The notes: generated by a model not told the origin, from the sequence alone. DNA of 38,076 nucleotides from Octopus bimaculoides (GCF_001194135.2 NC_068987.1:27453873-27491948); one strand, 5' to 3'. Positions 1 through 12,220 are shown, counted from the stretch's first letter. Numbers and translations: made by a program.

Positions 1-189
1 ATATATAATGGGCTAGTTCTCTTTCCGTTTACCAAATCCTCTCATAAAGCTTTGGTTGACTTGAGTGAAATCTAAAACTTCTCGCCCATATATATAAATG
101 TGTAGAAAATTAATGATATATACACAAGCATATATATGTATATAGTTTTGCGTATGTGTGTGTATATAGGTAGATATATACATACATGT

Positions 190-193
190 ATGT

Positions 194-280
<87 letters not shown>

Positions 281-290
281 GTGTGTATAG
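190..290. repeat. Compound (TA)n/(TG)n microsatellite
   Basis: Directly visible dinucleotide runs; source of the HTHT/YIYI ORFs at 13-365. Confidence 0.95.
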
Positions 291-3200
291 ATAGATGCAT
301 ACATGCATATATATATATATATATGTTTGTGTGTGTGCGCGTGCGTCATATATAGGTATATTCACTTATAGATCTATGAAGCTTTTACAACCGTTTTTCT
401 TTTCGCCCACCTCGCTGTCTCTGCATAGGTATATCCACTCGTAGATCAATATTGATCGATACAATTTTACACAACCTCGCTTCCTTTTTTTCCTGGATCT
501 TCTGATTCCCAACGAAGCAAATATGAAACCTGAATGAGAGATCTGCCAGGGAAAGACGTACCATCACGAATTGTACTATCATTGCAACGGTGAACCAATA
601 TGGACTAGAAAGGCTAAACAAAAAGTAAAAAGAATTGGAACCAATTATTTTTGAGTTGGGTAAATTATGTTTCATATCCGATTGAAATATTGATTGTTAT
701 ACAGTAATTGTAAAACTAAAACTAAAGACATGAAACCATACATTATCGTGAATGAAATTAATTTACTGAAACGTATGAATTAGCACTATGTAAGCACTTT
801 CTTACGTGTAAGAAAGACGGAGCTTAAGTTATTTCATTGAAATGTTGCATAACGATTAGTAGGCAAAATGTTCATTAAAACTTTAAGTTGTTTTCATAAT
901 AATTTGTAACAGCAATTGCTAACATGCAAATACAAATTATAAAATGTGAGACTTTTTTTGTGATTACTTGACTTGCTAGAAGGAGATGCAATATCTTCAA
1001 ATCAGTGAGAAAGACGCATAATAATGATGAAAATAGAAATTTGTATATATAAGTACATAGTATATGCTCACCTTTTATTGAATATGTATATATTTAAAAG
1101 AAGTATGCATTAAAATTGTGGAATAATCCAATAACAATATTCACTGCGACAGTAAATGTTTGTACAACATTTTGAAAGCCAGTTTATTGTTTATTAAATA
1201 GAAAAGGTGTATAAATGTCGCATGCAACCAAAACATGAAACGCATCCTGTTTGCTTAGATTTTATAAGTTTGTTTTTTTATTTCAACTGGTTCCATCATA
1301 ACTTTGTTGAAATATATTGTATTCAACAAAGAAGTAAAATGAAATGTAAAGTAATGAAATGAAAGATAACTGTGGTAAGAATTATCAATGGAGTCTCAGA
1401 TTTACAAAATGATTATCAACACCGGTGAAAGTTGTGGTCTTATAAATAGCTCTTTCCTTTATATTTGATGATGACGACAATGGTAACGATGATCATGACG
1501 ACGACGATGATGATGATGACAATGATGAAGATGATGCTATGTAAGCAGACATGATCATATCCATTTCAACCACAGGAACACCTATTTTTCTCAGAGATTA
1601 TTTATCTCAATTACATCTTCAGATATACCCTTTTATTAAAGATAATACAAACTTGAAAGAGGATTGCTTCATGCATCTAACAGATTAAGCGATACTCTTG
1701 ACTTGTATGTTTCTTTTTTGTCCAACACATTTAATATAATTCTATATTTCTCACGTTTATTGGACAGAATGTGGTATATTAGTATACTTGTAAATATTAA
1801 CTTTCAAACTTTTAGCTTTATTGTACTACATATGATGTCTCAACATACCTATTTTAAAATGATAAAATTCATGTCTGTTAACGTAAGGAGAGTCAATTCT
1901 ATATTTAGTTTCTAATTAGGTTTATACTTGCCAATGTGAGAGTAGATTATCTAATTTCTAATACATATATATTTTAGACATTTGCTAAACTGAAGTAGAA
2001 CTATGGAACTATGGTTATTAGAAACTACAGTAATTTAAGATTAATAAAGCAAAATCATATCAATTGTTTTCACGATGTAGATATCAAACGGTCATAAATG
2101 AATTGCTACTTTGATTTCTCATCACTGCTGTGTTAGAAATTGCATTCTATGATATTACACATCTTTACTAGCAAAAGAATGCGGCGAAACAATTGAAACA
2201 ATTATTATTTCCATCTCTATATTAATGGGTTTTCTTATACTTGGCGCTGCATTACGTTTAAATATAACAGAATACCGTTGTGACACACTATAACATATTC
2301 ACAGTATATTTTAGACCGTGAGATAGCAAAGAAATCGAATTTACTTTTGAATTCATATTTTTATGATTTATTGTAAACCAGAACAGTATTAATTTTACGA
2401 AATATTATTATATCCAACCTCACCAATTCACTGCATTTCGTACATCAAATTTCTATTTCAGTAATTCAACTAATATAATTTCATGAAAATCAAAATAATG
2501 TTTTTAAATTATTCACCTATTTCAATTGTACTCTGGCAATCTATCATTTAAATGCAATGTCTTTCCAATATAGAAAATTGTTTTATGCCTTGTAGCAAAT
2601 CAAATTAATATTTATTCATAAATTCTCGCGAGAATTTGTTGTCAGCACATATTACTATTTGTAGTTGTGTATTTCGTCAGAGTTTCATTTCCTCAATCCT
2701 TTTCTTACATCGTTACAAAGCTAGGGTTGGCGGTAAAGTATTTTTCACAGCCTTCTCTGGATCATAAAAGAGTGCTAAATATGGTACACGCACACGTTTT
2801 TATAGAAGTCTTTACTCTAGAAATAAAAAAGAAATTATGTTGCCATTAATTTCTTCACATCATTGCCTTTATAATTATATTGCCCATTGTAAACGAACGT
2901 TTTGCTTTTGTTTTATGTCATATAAAAACAACTCAAAAAGTGTTAATAGAAACGTATTGATAGCTAGTAGAATCGTACCAACAAGTATTTGTTATACCGA
3001 TAGTGCACAAAACATAAACTAATTCTGAAGATTTGTGTATAAAATCTCATATTCCATATTTAAATTTTATGTGACAATGTAAGACGTACATGTAAATTTA
3101 AACTGACAACCAGTTAGATGTGACAAGCTTCATTAAAACAGTAAACAAAAGCATGATATGAATAGAGAAATGATAACTTAAAGCATGAAACATTGTGGGA

Positions 3201-3756
3201 TATACGAAGTTTAACTATCTGAAAAGCCAAGCAATACATATCAAAGTATATATGTAAGGAAGTCACAACTAAAGTTTACACTTTACCATATATTTTTATA
3301 TTTGGGGATTAATAACCTTTCGCAATAAAAAGCGAAGGCAGCGCATAGATACGTGAAAATGCGCAAAACCAAAACACTATCATTGGAAGATAATTTACAT
3401 CAGTTGTACATCTTTGGTTTCTATTTCCTAACGAGGGTGTCTTGAAATCTGGAAATGTTTTAGAAAACTGAAAGACTAATAACAAAATTAGATTTTCATA
3501 GAGTATACTATGCGTGTCTAAAAAAAAAATCTTTGCTGAAGATTATTTCTAACGTAGAGCTATAGTACTATTTTCTTTTACATTGCACTTTAATATAGTG
3601 GCTTTTGTATACTGTTTGGTTTGCATTCAGTTAGACGAGAAAGCACGTATATCTATGCATATGTGTATGCATATGGATATATACATATACAGATATAAAT
3701 ACATATGCAAGCATACACGCATACACGTACATTCACATCTGCACAGACACCCATAT

Positions 3757-3797
<41 letters not shown>

Positions 3798-3929
3798 NNN
3801 NNNNNNNNNNNNNNNNNNNNNNNNNNNNNNNNNNNNNNNNNNNNNNNNNNNNNNNNNNNNNNNNNNNNNNNNNNNNNNNNNNNNNNNNNNNNNNNNNNNN
3901 NNNNNNNNNNNNNNNNNNNNNNNNNNNNN
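3798..3929. other. Assembly gap (132 N) entered through (TA)n
   Basis: N run preceded by a (TA)n tract. Confidence 0.99.
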
Positions 3930-4011
3930 GTACATACATTTAAATATATATATATATGTATATATATATACACAGATATATAGAAATATATATTCGTGTA
4001 TATACACACAC

Positions 4012-4061
<50 letters not shown>

Positions 4062-4496
4062 GTAAATATACTGATTTACAATATCTTTCCTTTTACGTAT
4101 AATATATATATACATGTATGCAGACTCCAGTATATGCAAGACAAAACAAAAATTCATGCATAAAAATATCTTTAATATCTATTTACTCGGTTGTACACTT
4201 ATTTTAAATTAGTGTATGGCTAAGCACTTAATAGCAAAGCAATAAATCGTTCGTAACAAGACATTTGACTTTACTGGTTAATGTTTTATATGTACTAATT
4301 TTGTATAAGCTGGTGATTTGTTTGTTAATTTACAAACAGACTTTTATGAATGAGATTATTATTACAGTTATTGTTGTCAGTGTTGTTATTGTTATTATTA
4401 TTATCATTAACATCATTTTATCATCATCATCATCTTAATCATCATCATCCTTATCTCAAGATTCAATGATAGGAACAATGATTTGGCAGGATCGTT

Positions 4497-4859
4497 AGAT
4501 GACAACGTTTCTCTAAAAGAAATGGAAAAACTTTCAAAATACAAAGACCAGGAAATAGAGGTAACTCGAATGTGGAATCTAAAAACAGAAACAATTCCTA
4601 TCATAGTAGGTGCCTTAGGTGTAATAAAAACATATTCAGAAAAATTCATAACAAAAACACCAGGACTTACAAATATATATAACATACAGAAAATTACACT
4701 ACTGGGCACTGCACACATCCTACGCAAAACACTTTCAATACAGTAACCATAAAAGCATCACAGCAAACCACAGCACATGCCCAAGGCACACAGAGCTGCG
4801 CTCGGTAGTGAATTGAAAGCACGTTATAAAAATAAAACTACTGAATAATAATAATGATG

Positions 4860-4898
<39 letters not shown>
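4497..4898 (+). mobile_element. 5'-truncated R4/Dong-type non-LTR retrotransposon: C-terminus of restriction-like endonuclease, 3' UTR and (TAA)n tail
   Basis: 4498-4746 reads DDNVSLKEMEKLSKYKDQEIEVTRMWNLKTETIPIIVGALGVIK...IQKITLLGTAHILRKTLSIQ*. This matches the EK..KY..L / P(I/V)..GALG / QK..LLGTAHILRK pattern of RLE-clade LINE ORF ends. About 100 bp of UTR follow, then (TAA)n at 4844-4898. Confidence 0.88.
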
Positions 4899-4899
<1 letters not shown>

Positions 4900-4952
4900 G
4901 AAGAAGAAGAAGAAGAACAAGAAGAAGAAGAACAAGAAGAAGAAGAAGAAGA
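4844..4952. repeat. (TAA)n followed by (GAA)n trinucleotide tract
   Basis: Directly visible. Confidence 0.95.
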
Positions 4953-5968
4953 AATGATGTACAGAGAGTATTTTAGGCCAACTCTAACACTCCCATTAAC
5001 TCTTCCATGAAAATTAAGTAGTTTTTTCACATTATAATGATCACTTTTACTCATTTATTTCCTAATACTCTTATTGATTTGTATGTGATTCCCATAGTTG
5101 TTTATAGGTGTTAATGACGAAAGAGTTGTCTTCCATACCTCTGTGGACCAGAATTAATTCTCATAACCAAAGGTGCTTCAATTATCAATAAACTATTTTT
5201 GCTTTTTATATCATATATACTGGCACAATTTTACATTTACAATATCTCATGTAGTATTATTTGTGTTCTCATTGTAAACCTAGATTATTTTTCTGGATGC
5301 ATCTTTATCATTTTGTTTATTCAATCTGTGATTTGAGGCACTATCCATTATTATATTTGTACAAAGCTAATATCATTTGGATTTTCATGGTTTCACACAC
5401 TAAGATTTCGAATTCTTATTATTCATCCATTAGACTCTGAATATTTTTCCAGATAAATCACACAGATATTCTAATTCTCCGGCACTGAAAGGTTTTAAAC
5501 AGATACTGAAAATTTTCCTTTTCTTTCTATCTGTAAGCGCATGTCATATCCGTGTTGTTATAACTTATTTCACACATAATTGGAGACGTGTTTTTCTAGC
5601 CTCTTAAATATGAGAACATGGACGTGATACTTGTTATATGGACGACAGTCCGAACAAAACAATCTTCTGCAATGTATAAATCTGAGAATTGCAGTAGGAA
5701 GGAAATTAATTCTACGGTCTTCATGAATAATGTTGACTTTCGCGAAACAGGAAATATCTGAGTGTGAATGCGGAAGTAGAAGCAGTAACTGAACAACATT
5801 AAGTCAGTTAATACAAACGTATTTGATTGTGGAATCAAAGATTCTAAACAATCTTAAATATCAATAACTATTTTTGGTTCTAAAGATTTCAAAATACAGT
5901 ACAATGCTAATATCCAGTACGAAACTTTTGTGTTCATTAGAGCGTTGTAAATTGTGCCAGTAATTCCG

Positions 5969-6022
5969 GACTATGACTCATGGCATAGTCTCTGGTTAGA
6001 GACTATGCTATGAATCATAGTC
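5969..6022. repeat. 25-bp inverted repeat with 4-nt loop; each arm is itself palindromic
   Basis: GACTATGACTCATGGCATAGTCTCT-ggtt-AGAGACTATGCTATGAATCATAGTC; 23/25 complementary. Confidence 0.9.
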
Positions 6023-6614
6023 TAATTCTAGTATTCATCAATCATTCTCTGAGGCTCTATAAAATATTCCAGGCACTACCCATCTTTGATTAGATCATGT
6101 AAAAAAATGATTTTTTTTTACTGGTCATAAATCTATCACCAGTTTTCTACAGATTGTATGATCATCACACTTTCACGAAAGAGGATGCTGCTTTAGCATA
6201 ATTAGTTATTACCGCTAGGTGCAAAAGTTTGGCAGATAATTATCTATATAATAGTCAGGCTCCTTTGTTCCTTTGGCCTGGGTCTCATTCGTTGACAACT
6301 AAGTGCCTTCACAGCGAACTCATCGTAGTAAAGCTGTCAATATATATAAACTGCAGATTAATGTTTTGGTTTTATGAAATCAGCTATCAGCATCTTTACA
6401 ATATTAGGCTCATCGTTGTGTAATTTAAAACCTGTTCTGTTGGAGATGACCTCTAGTATAATCCTATTATGAACGTGTGATTCATATTTCATTACATCTG
6501 ACAATTTCTTTTCAACAACGAACGCGAAGACTTGAGGAAGATATAATTACTTTGATCGCATATTGATTCTCTGATTAATATTTAATAGGAGGTTCATTTT
6601 TGGCAGGAAACTGG

Positions 6615-6755
6615 CAAATTCCGACGAGGCTGAGTTTTGCCTTTCATGCTTTCGGGGTCGATAAAATAAGTACCAGTTAAATACTGGTGTCGATATTATC
6701 GACTTACTCCTCTCCAGAGGTAGCTACACCTGTGCCAACATTGGAAATCAATATT
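6615..6755 (+). mobile_element. Octopod tRNA-derived SINE (family A), 3' portion
   Basis: caaattccgacgagg...ttgcctttcatgctttcggggtcgataaaataagtaccag...gaaatcaatatt; same motif order as the other copies in this window. Confidence 0.85.
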
Positions 6756-6777
6756 AGGCCCATTCGACTACTTGTAT

Positions 6778-6869
6778 AAGTCGACCTCAGAGCTATTTAA
6801 TGACAGAATGTAAGAGATGCACTTCGGCATTTAGTCCCGAGTTTTTGTGAATTCTGCTATTTTTCGCCA
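6778..6869 (-). mobile_element. Family A SINE, degenerate 5' portion
   Basis: Reverse complement reads ggcgaaaaatagcagaatt...tacattctgtcattaaatagctctgaggtcgactt, similar to the head of the other copies. Confidence 0.55.
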
Positions 6870-7144
6870 TGATACAGAGTGATTGAGTTTTCGACTTGCT
6901 TAAAATATTAATGCAATTATTAGAATTTAGTGAATGGGTTATTCATAATCGCTCAATTCTATATATAGCATCAATGTCATTATATATTCAGGGCTAAAAA
7001 TATATCCTTATTTTGTTTCACTTATGTTTTAGAATTTTATTTCTATTCTAAGATGCCTGTTATCCGAAAATTCTTTACACACATACAAACACACAAATAC
7101 GCAATCACACTTATATGTATGTATGCGTGTGTGTGTGTGTATGT

Positions 7145-7176
<32 letters not shown>

Positions 7177-8835
7177 CGTTATTCCAATGGAAAACTTCAA
7201 AAGTAAAAACTAAATATAAAAGATAACGCAGGAAGGACAAATTTTAACACATACGATTGTAGTTTCACACTTAATTTGGAAATGGAAAGGTTCAACCTCT
7301 TGGACGTTTATGTTACATCAGAAGAAAATGGCGAAGTGAGAAAGTCGAATCGCCAGTGAAAGAGAGAGAAAAAGCATGAGAGTCAGATAGTAATGTGGTT
7401 TCATGAGAATGAGATAAAAGGGAGGCAGTTGAGTGTGTATGTGCGAGTATAGTTTATCCATGTTTAAAGACGAGTATATGGGTGAATCGTATATGCTTTT
7501 TGTGAGAGTATATGCGTGTAGAAGTGTACGCGTGCTGTGGCTTACTAAGAATGTGAGATGATGGTATTTGTGACTGTAATAGTTAAGCGTGTTTTCATCT
7601 ATCTATATTTGCTTAAGATATACACCTTCAATATTTCCACTTTACTTTGTGATAATGTTTTGTTCGGTTTCTTAACCCAACCTCTTGTTATGTAAGCTTA
7701 AATTTATTTCCATAAATCAAATGCCACACAACAGTTTGTACCAAGATGCATCCCGAAAGAGTCGCTATTGTCTTTTCCTATTTCAACGAACGTTGTTTCA
7801 TTTGCTAACGTCGTAAAATCGCACATTCAATAGATTTAGATATAATACTACTGTTAACATCAAATTTCATTCCTTTAACTCGAAGAAAATATGTACAGTC
7901 ATGTGATGGGGTCTATTCAGTTAGCCACAAATATGCATATATAACCAGTAAAAAAAATCAACACCATTATCATTCTGTCGTCATTTTACAAAATTAATAC
8001 TGGAATAATACTGGTTTCATTTGACATCATCAGTAAATTTGATCTCTCGCAATTTGATTTAGCTTCTTCATTCAGCTTGCTAATTACTTTCTTCTCTCAA
8101 CTTGCTTTCCGGTATGTGTGTTTCCAGAAATACTTATATAAAGCCACTTAGCTGAAAATATCAGAGGGTTTTTTTCTGATAAATAATCTATATAAGTTTA
8201 AGAATTCTCCTCCCTTTTTAGTATTCTGTTACAGCGTTTGTAATCAGCAGATGAACATTTTGCATGCAAGAGGCTTTAATAAAAAGCCACAAACCCATTT
8301 TTCTGTCAAAACATTTCCCTGTCTCTGTATATAGCCTTTGATCTAAGTTGTCATTTTATGAATGAAGTGCTTTCTTTAATCTGTTTTCTAGCAAGCTTGT
8401 TTCACATAATATAGTTAAAGAAACTTTTTAGCATATTTTGTAAATCAAGGACATGGATATTCTGTCAGCACAACAAGACAATTGTAGTCCCATCCCACAC
8501 GCTGGGTTGTATGTTAAAAATTTTCAACATTGAATGTGCGTTGTGTAGATATGAATTTATAGCCATTCTGGTGCGTTATTATCGTTTTTACTTCAGAACA
8601 CCCACTCTCGCAAAACTATATATTCTGATATTTTTTCGGATAGTGTGTGCTTTATTTTCGTGACTCATATAGCGGACGCAAAAGTGGGCTGAATGCATAT
8701 TAGTTACTTTTCATATAAATCATTTCAAACTTTACCATTATTACCAACCCTTTATTACTTTGTTACTATTTTATTATGAATTTTCATTTACAGTATTGGC
8801 GAATGTTTTTATTTCGTGATGTATATATTCACTAA

Positions 8836-9038
8836 AATATTGATTTCGCATTTTGACACAGGGCCAGCAATTTTCAAAGAAGGTAAGTCGATTACATCGA
8901 TTCCAGTTTTCAACTACTACTTACTTTATCGACCCCGAAAGTTGGGCTCAGCGGAATCTGAACTCAGAACGTAAGGGTGGTTGAAATGTCGCTAAGCATT
9001 TTGCCTGGCGTGCTAATAATTCTGCCAGCTCGCCGCCT
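8836..9038 (-). mobile_element. Family A SINE, array copy 1 (near full length, internal deletion)
   Basis: Minus strand aggcggcgagctggcagaattattagcacgccaggcaaaatgcttagcg...acgttctgagttcagattccgc; tRNA-like A/B-box head. Confidence 0.9.
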
Positions 9039-9052
9039 TTTATATTTACTAA

Positions 9053-9240
9053 AATATTGGTTTCAATTTTGGCACACAAATAGTGGGTTAGTCGATTATA
9101 TCGCCCCCAGTGCTCAACTGGAAATTATTTTATCGATTCCGAAAAGATGAAATGGAAAATTGACTTCGGCGGAATTTGAACTCAGAACGTAAGGACAATG
9201 GAAATGCCGTTAAACATTTTGCCTGGCAGGCTATTGATTC
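9053..9240 (-). mobile_element. Family A SINE, array copy 2 (5' tip fused to copy 3)
   Basis: Plus strand gacttcggcggaatttgaactcagaacgtaag...cattttgcctggc. Confidence 0.88.
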
Positions 9241-9452
9241 CTTTCTACTATAGGCACAAGGCCTGAAATTGTGGTGGAGGGAACTAGCCGATTACATCGA
9301 CCTCAGTGCTTCAATGGTAATTAAGTTATCGACCCCGAAAGGATTAAAAGGAAAGTCGAAATCGGCAGAATTTGAACTCAGAACGTAGCGGTAGACCAAA
9401 TACGAATAAGCCTTTCGCCCTGCGTGCTAACAATTCTGTCAGCTCGCTGCCT
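9238..9452 (-). mobile_element. Family A SINE, array copy 3 (full length)
   Basis: ctttctactataggcacaaggcctgaaatt...gaccccgaaagg...gaatttgaactcagaacg...ctgtcagctcgctgcct. Confidence 0.9.
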
Positions 9453-9469
9453 TATATATTCACTAAAAT

Positions 9470-9621
9470 ATTATTTTCTATTCTCGATACAAGGCTCGAA
9501 ATATTAGATCGACGCCAGTAGGCAACTGGTACTTAATATATCGACCGCGAAAGGATGAAAGGCAAAGTCGACCTCGGCGGAATTAGAATTCGGAACGTAA
9601 AGCCAGACGAAATACCACTAA
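9470..9621 (-). mobile_element. Family A SINE, array copy 4 (5' truncated)
   Basis: aactggtactt...tcgaccgcgaaaggatgaaaggcaaagtcgacctcggcggaatt...gacgaaatacc. Confidence 0.88.
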
Positions 9622-10194
9622 ATTTACTTAGTTATTTTATATATGTATCTATTTATTTATCCAATTTTTAGAAAATTCAATGCAATATATATGAATTTCG
9701 ATGTTCATTTTTAATGTCTTAGGATTGTAGCTGTCTGTTTGGCATAAATTTATAGACGTATTTTCTTAGAGCAATCCTTTCTATGAATTTACTAGCCGTT
9801 GAAACTTCAGAGCCATCCAGTCCACATTTCAATCCCAAATTCTTCAAACTTGATCCCAGTAATGTTTTATTGAGACACGTTTTTACGGAAAATTCCCGAG
9901 TCCAAAAGTAACTTATCATTAAAATAGTGTATAAATCTTCATGATTCACAACGTTGATAAGTCCAGACTCTGGGTTTAAATAGCAGTAAAACGAATTGAT
10001 CGCTTCATTCATTACTCTAGCTTAAAAAAAAAATTAATATCTAAACAAAGCTCTTAAATATCCATAGCGTGAATAGCTTACATTAATGTCGAAGGAATTT
10101 TATAAACACATTAAAATATTGATTGATGTGTGTTTATTTCTTCGTACTGAAGAAACTTATAGTACATATATGATGAAAGCCAGCCACTGGAATC

Positions 10195-10409
10195 GTCGAA
10201 TATTCCTTTTTTTTTTTTGTAGCCTTTTCCCATAGATTGAGAAGCTCTGAGGAAACCATTCTTAAGGAGTTGAAAAATTCACCGTGCAGATAGGAGTAGA
10301 ATATACGCAAATTTTACCTCTCTGATGAACTTATTAAAATACTAAGGTCATAGAATGCTTTTAAAACATCAAAGTCGAATATTCCACTATATTGCTTGTC
10401 GAATATTCC
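10195..10409. promoter_or_regulatory. Three exact copies of GTCGAATATTCC (nGAAnnTTCn, heat-shock-element-like)
   Basis: Copies at 10195-10206, 10374-10385 and 10398-10409; degenerate copy near 10440. The motif is seen directly; function is inferred. Confidence 0.35.
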
Positions 10410-11239
10410 AAAATAACTAAGCAAGTCTGTAGCTATGATATCAATATTCCCAAACAGCAATTATTGTATTCCACAGCAGCATAAGAAATGAGATGTGTTT
10501 GTGGTACTTAATGCGACGATTTACTAAAGGCACATGCACACACAAACACACACCCACACACTCGCATACATGCACACACACACACACACACACTCACACA
10601 CACATATACATATACATAAATATATTAGCAGTAGACTACTGACTGTATAATTAGTCAATACAATTTCCGAAATAATAGTGTGTTGAGAGTACCATTAACA
10701 TTTTCCATATCAATAGTATGTAATATTATGCATACTATTTGATCTATGCTTTGTAAGATTTTTGAATAGGGTTGATTGGGATCATAGCTGAAAGATTCTA
10801 AGAAATAGCAACGTTTGATGTAACAAATTTCAATAATCTTCTAAAGTATGGGTATAAAATTACCCTCGTTACTCTCTTTACTGTATAAAGACACTAAACA
10901 AGTATATGCATTTCTAATGTGTACTTTCTCAATTTTAACTTGCCAGAAAATTTGGACCACTGGTGAACTACAAGAGAAATAAAGTTTTTCAAGTGATCAC
11001 ACTGATGATATAACTTGTAGTAAACTAGTTTTATGTAATACGAGTATCTGATTAAAATCACTACTTACAGCTTGTCTTCTGTAGAGAATCAATTTATGTT
11101 ACAGTTTTAAGTTGATGTAAACACATACACACACATATACACATACATACACGTATAAATGCATACACATGCACGCACACACACAAACACACACACGCAT
11201 ATATATATATATTTATATATATATATATATAGATAGATG

Positions 11240-11249
<10 letters not shown>

Positions 11250-11317
<68 letters not shown>
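11250..11317. repeat. (TA)n microsatellite
   Basis: Directly visible. Confidence 0.95.
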
Positions 11318-11319
<2 letters not shown>

Positions 11320-12220
11320 TTATCAATTTGTGTTGGAAAATTCCTGATGTGAAATCGTGTGTTGAAACTGATATTGTTGCGTTGCATTTCGGGACGGTAA
11401 TTTTTTTTTTTGTTTTGTCAAATAAACACACGCACTATATATTTTCCCTCCACTCGTTTATTACTGTTCTTATTTTATTATTTTAACTCATGCTCATTGT
11501 CCAGAAATCTTTCGTCACACATTTATGACCTCTGCAGCAAGGGGAGCAAGAACAAACACGAAAAGACAAACAAGGACACATACATGCCTTCACGCCCACA
11601 CAAACAAACACAATAGCGCATACGCACACACACGGAGACATGCATACAGAAGTACACACGTACGCACAAACACACAGGAACTCACACACATATGAATGTA
11701 CACACATACACACATAAAGACACACTGAGACACAGACATACTCACACACACACACGTACACGCAAACACAAATACGCACATGCCCTCCCATACACACATG
11801 GACACGCGCACGCATACGCATGCTCATGCTCACGCACAGATAGATATATATTTATTGAATATTTATCAAACAAAGAAGACGGTTTAACTGTCTTTGAGAG
11901 AAATGTCATATGGGTGAACGTGTGCGTTTGCAAAGAAATCAAAGGGAAAATCAAAACCACTATCTTATATATATGAAAAATTATATTGTCAATATTTAAA
12001 TCACACACACACACATACGGATGCACACACTTATATATAAAAACACACACATGCAGACATACACACACTCACATGCTCATCTCGGACAGATCTCAGTCGA
12101 ATCCCAAAGCTGGAACATAAGTTCAAAAGACATGGAAGTAGAGTGATGTGTCAGTGTAGAGATTGCAACAATGCGATGAAATAATTATTTGCCAAAAAAA
12201 GAAATGACAGGACTAACAAT

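Noticed and set aside
13-365. ORFs rich in HT/YI/CV dipeptides here and throughout (e.g. 3583-4157, 11094-12068, 14732-15098, 22472-23108, 36266-37239)
   Set aside because: Translations of (CA)n, (TA)n and (TG)n microsatellites, which lack stop codons in most frames.
385-675. 96-aa minus-strand ORF and alternative TM-like/basic reading GFIFASLGIRRSRKKRKRG
   Set aside because: No recognisable domain or consistent splice pair; length is within chance expectation.
797-826. 9-bp hairpin ctttcttac-gt-gtaagaaag with a possible extension
   Set aside because: Too short to exceed chance in 34 kb of AT-rich DNA.
3430-3450. acgagggtgtcttgaaa resembling a mariner TIR start
   Set aside because: No matching second TIR or transposase remnant found.
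8555-8590. Minus-strand NDNNAPEW, reminiscent of the cadherin DxNDNxP motif
   Set aside because: An immediate stop follows and there is no other cadherin motif; coincidence.
8822-9472. Regularly recurring 20-bp linker considered as a CRISPR-like repeat
   Set aside because: The intervening sequences are homologous SINE copies, not unique spacers, and the DNA is eukaryotic with no cas genes.
9719-10012. 97-aa minus-strand ORF in unique sequence
   Set aside because: No family recognised, the antisense frame is partly open too, and a few ORFs of this size are expected by chance. A BLASTX hit would reverse this.
11063-11085. Microexon-like patterns: minus ctacag|AAGACAAGCT|gtaagt; also 19063-19068, 32496-32503 and near 16735-16750 on plus
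   Set aside because: Frame-shifting lengths or weak acceptors; such AG...GTRAGT pairs arise frequently by chance.
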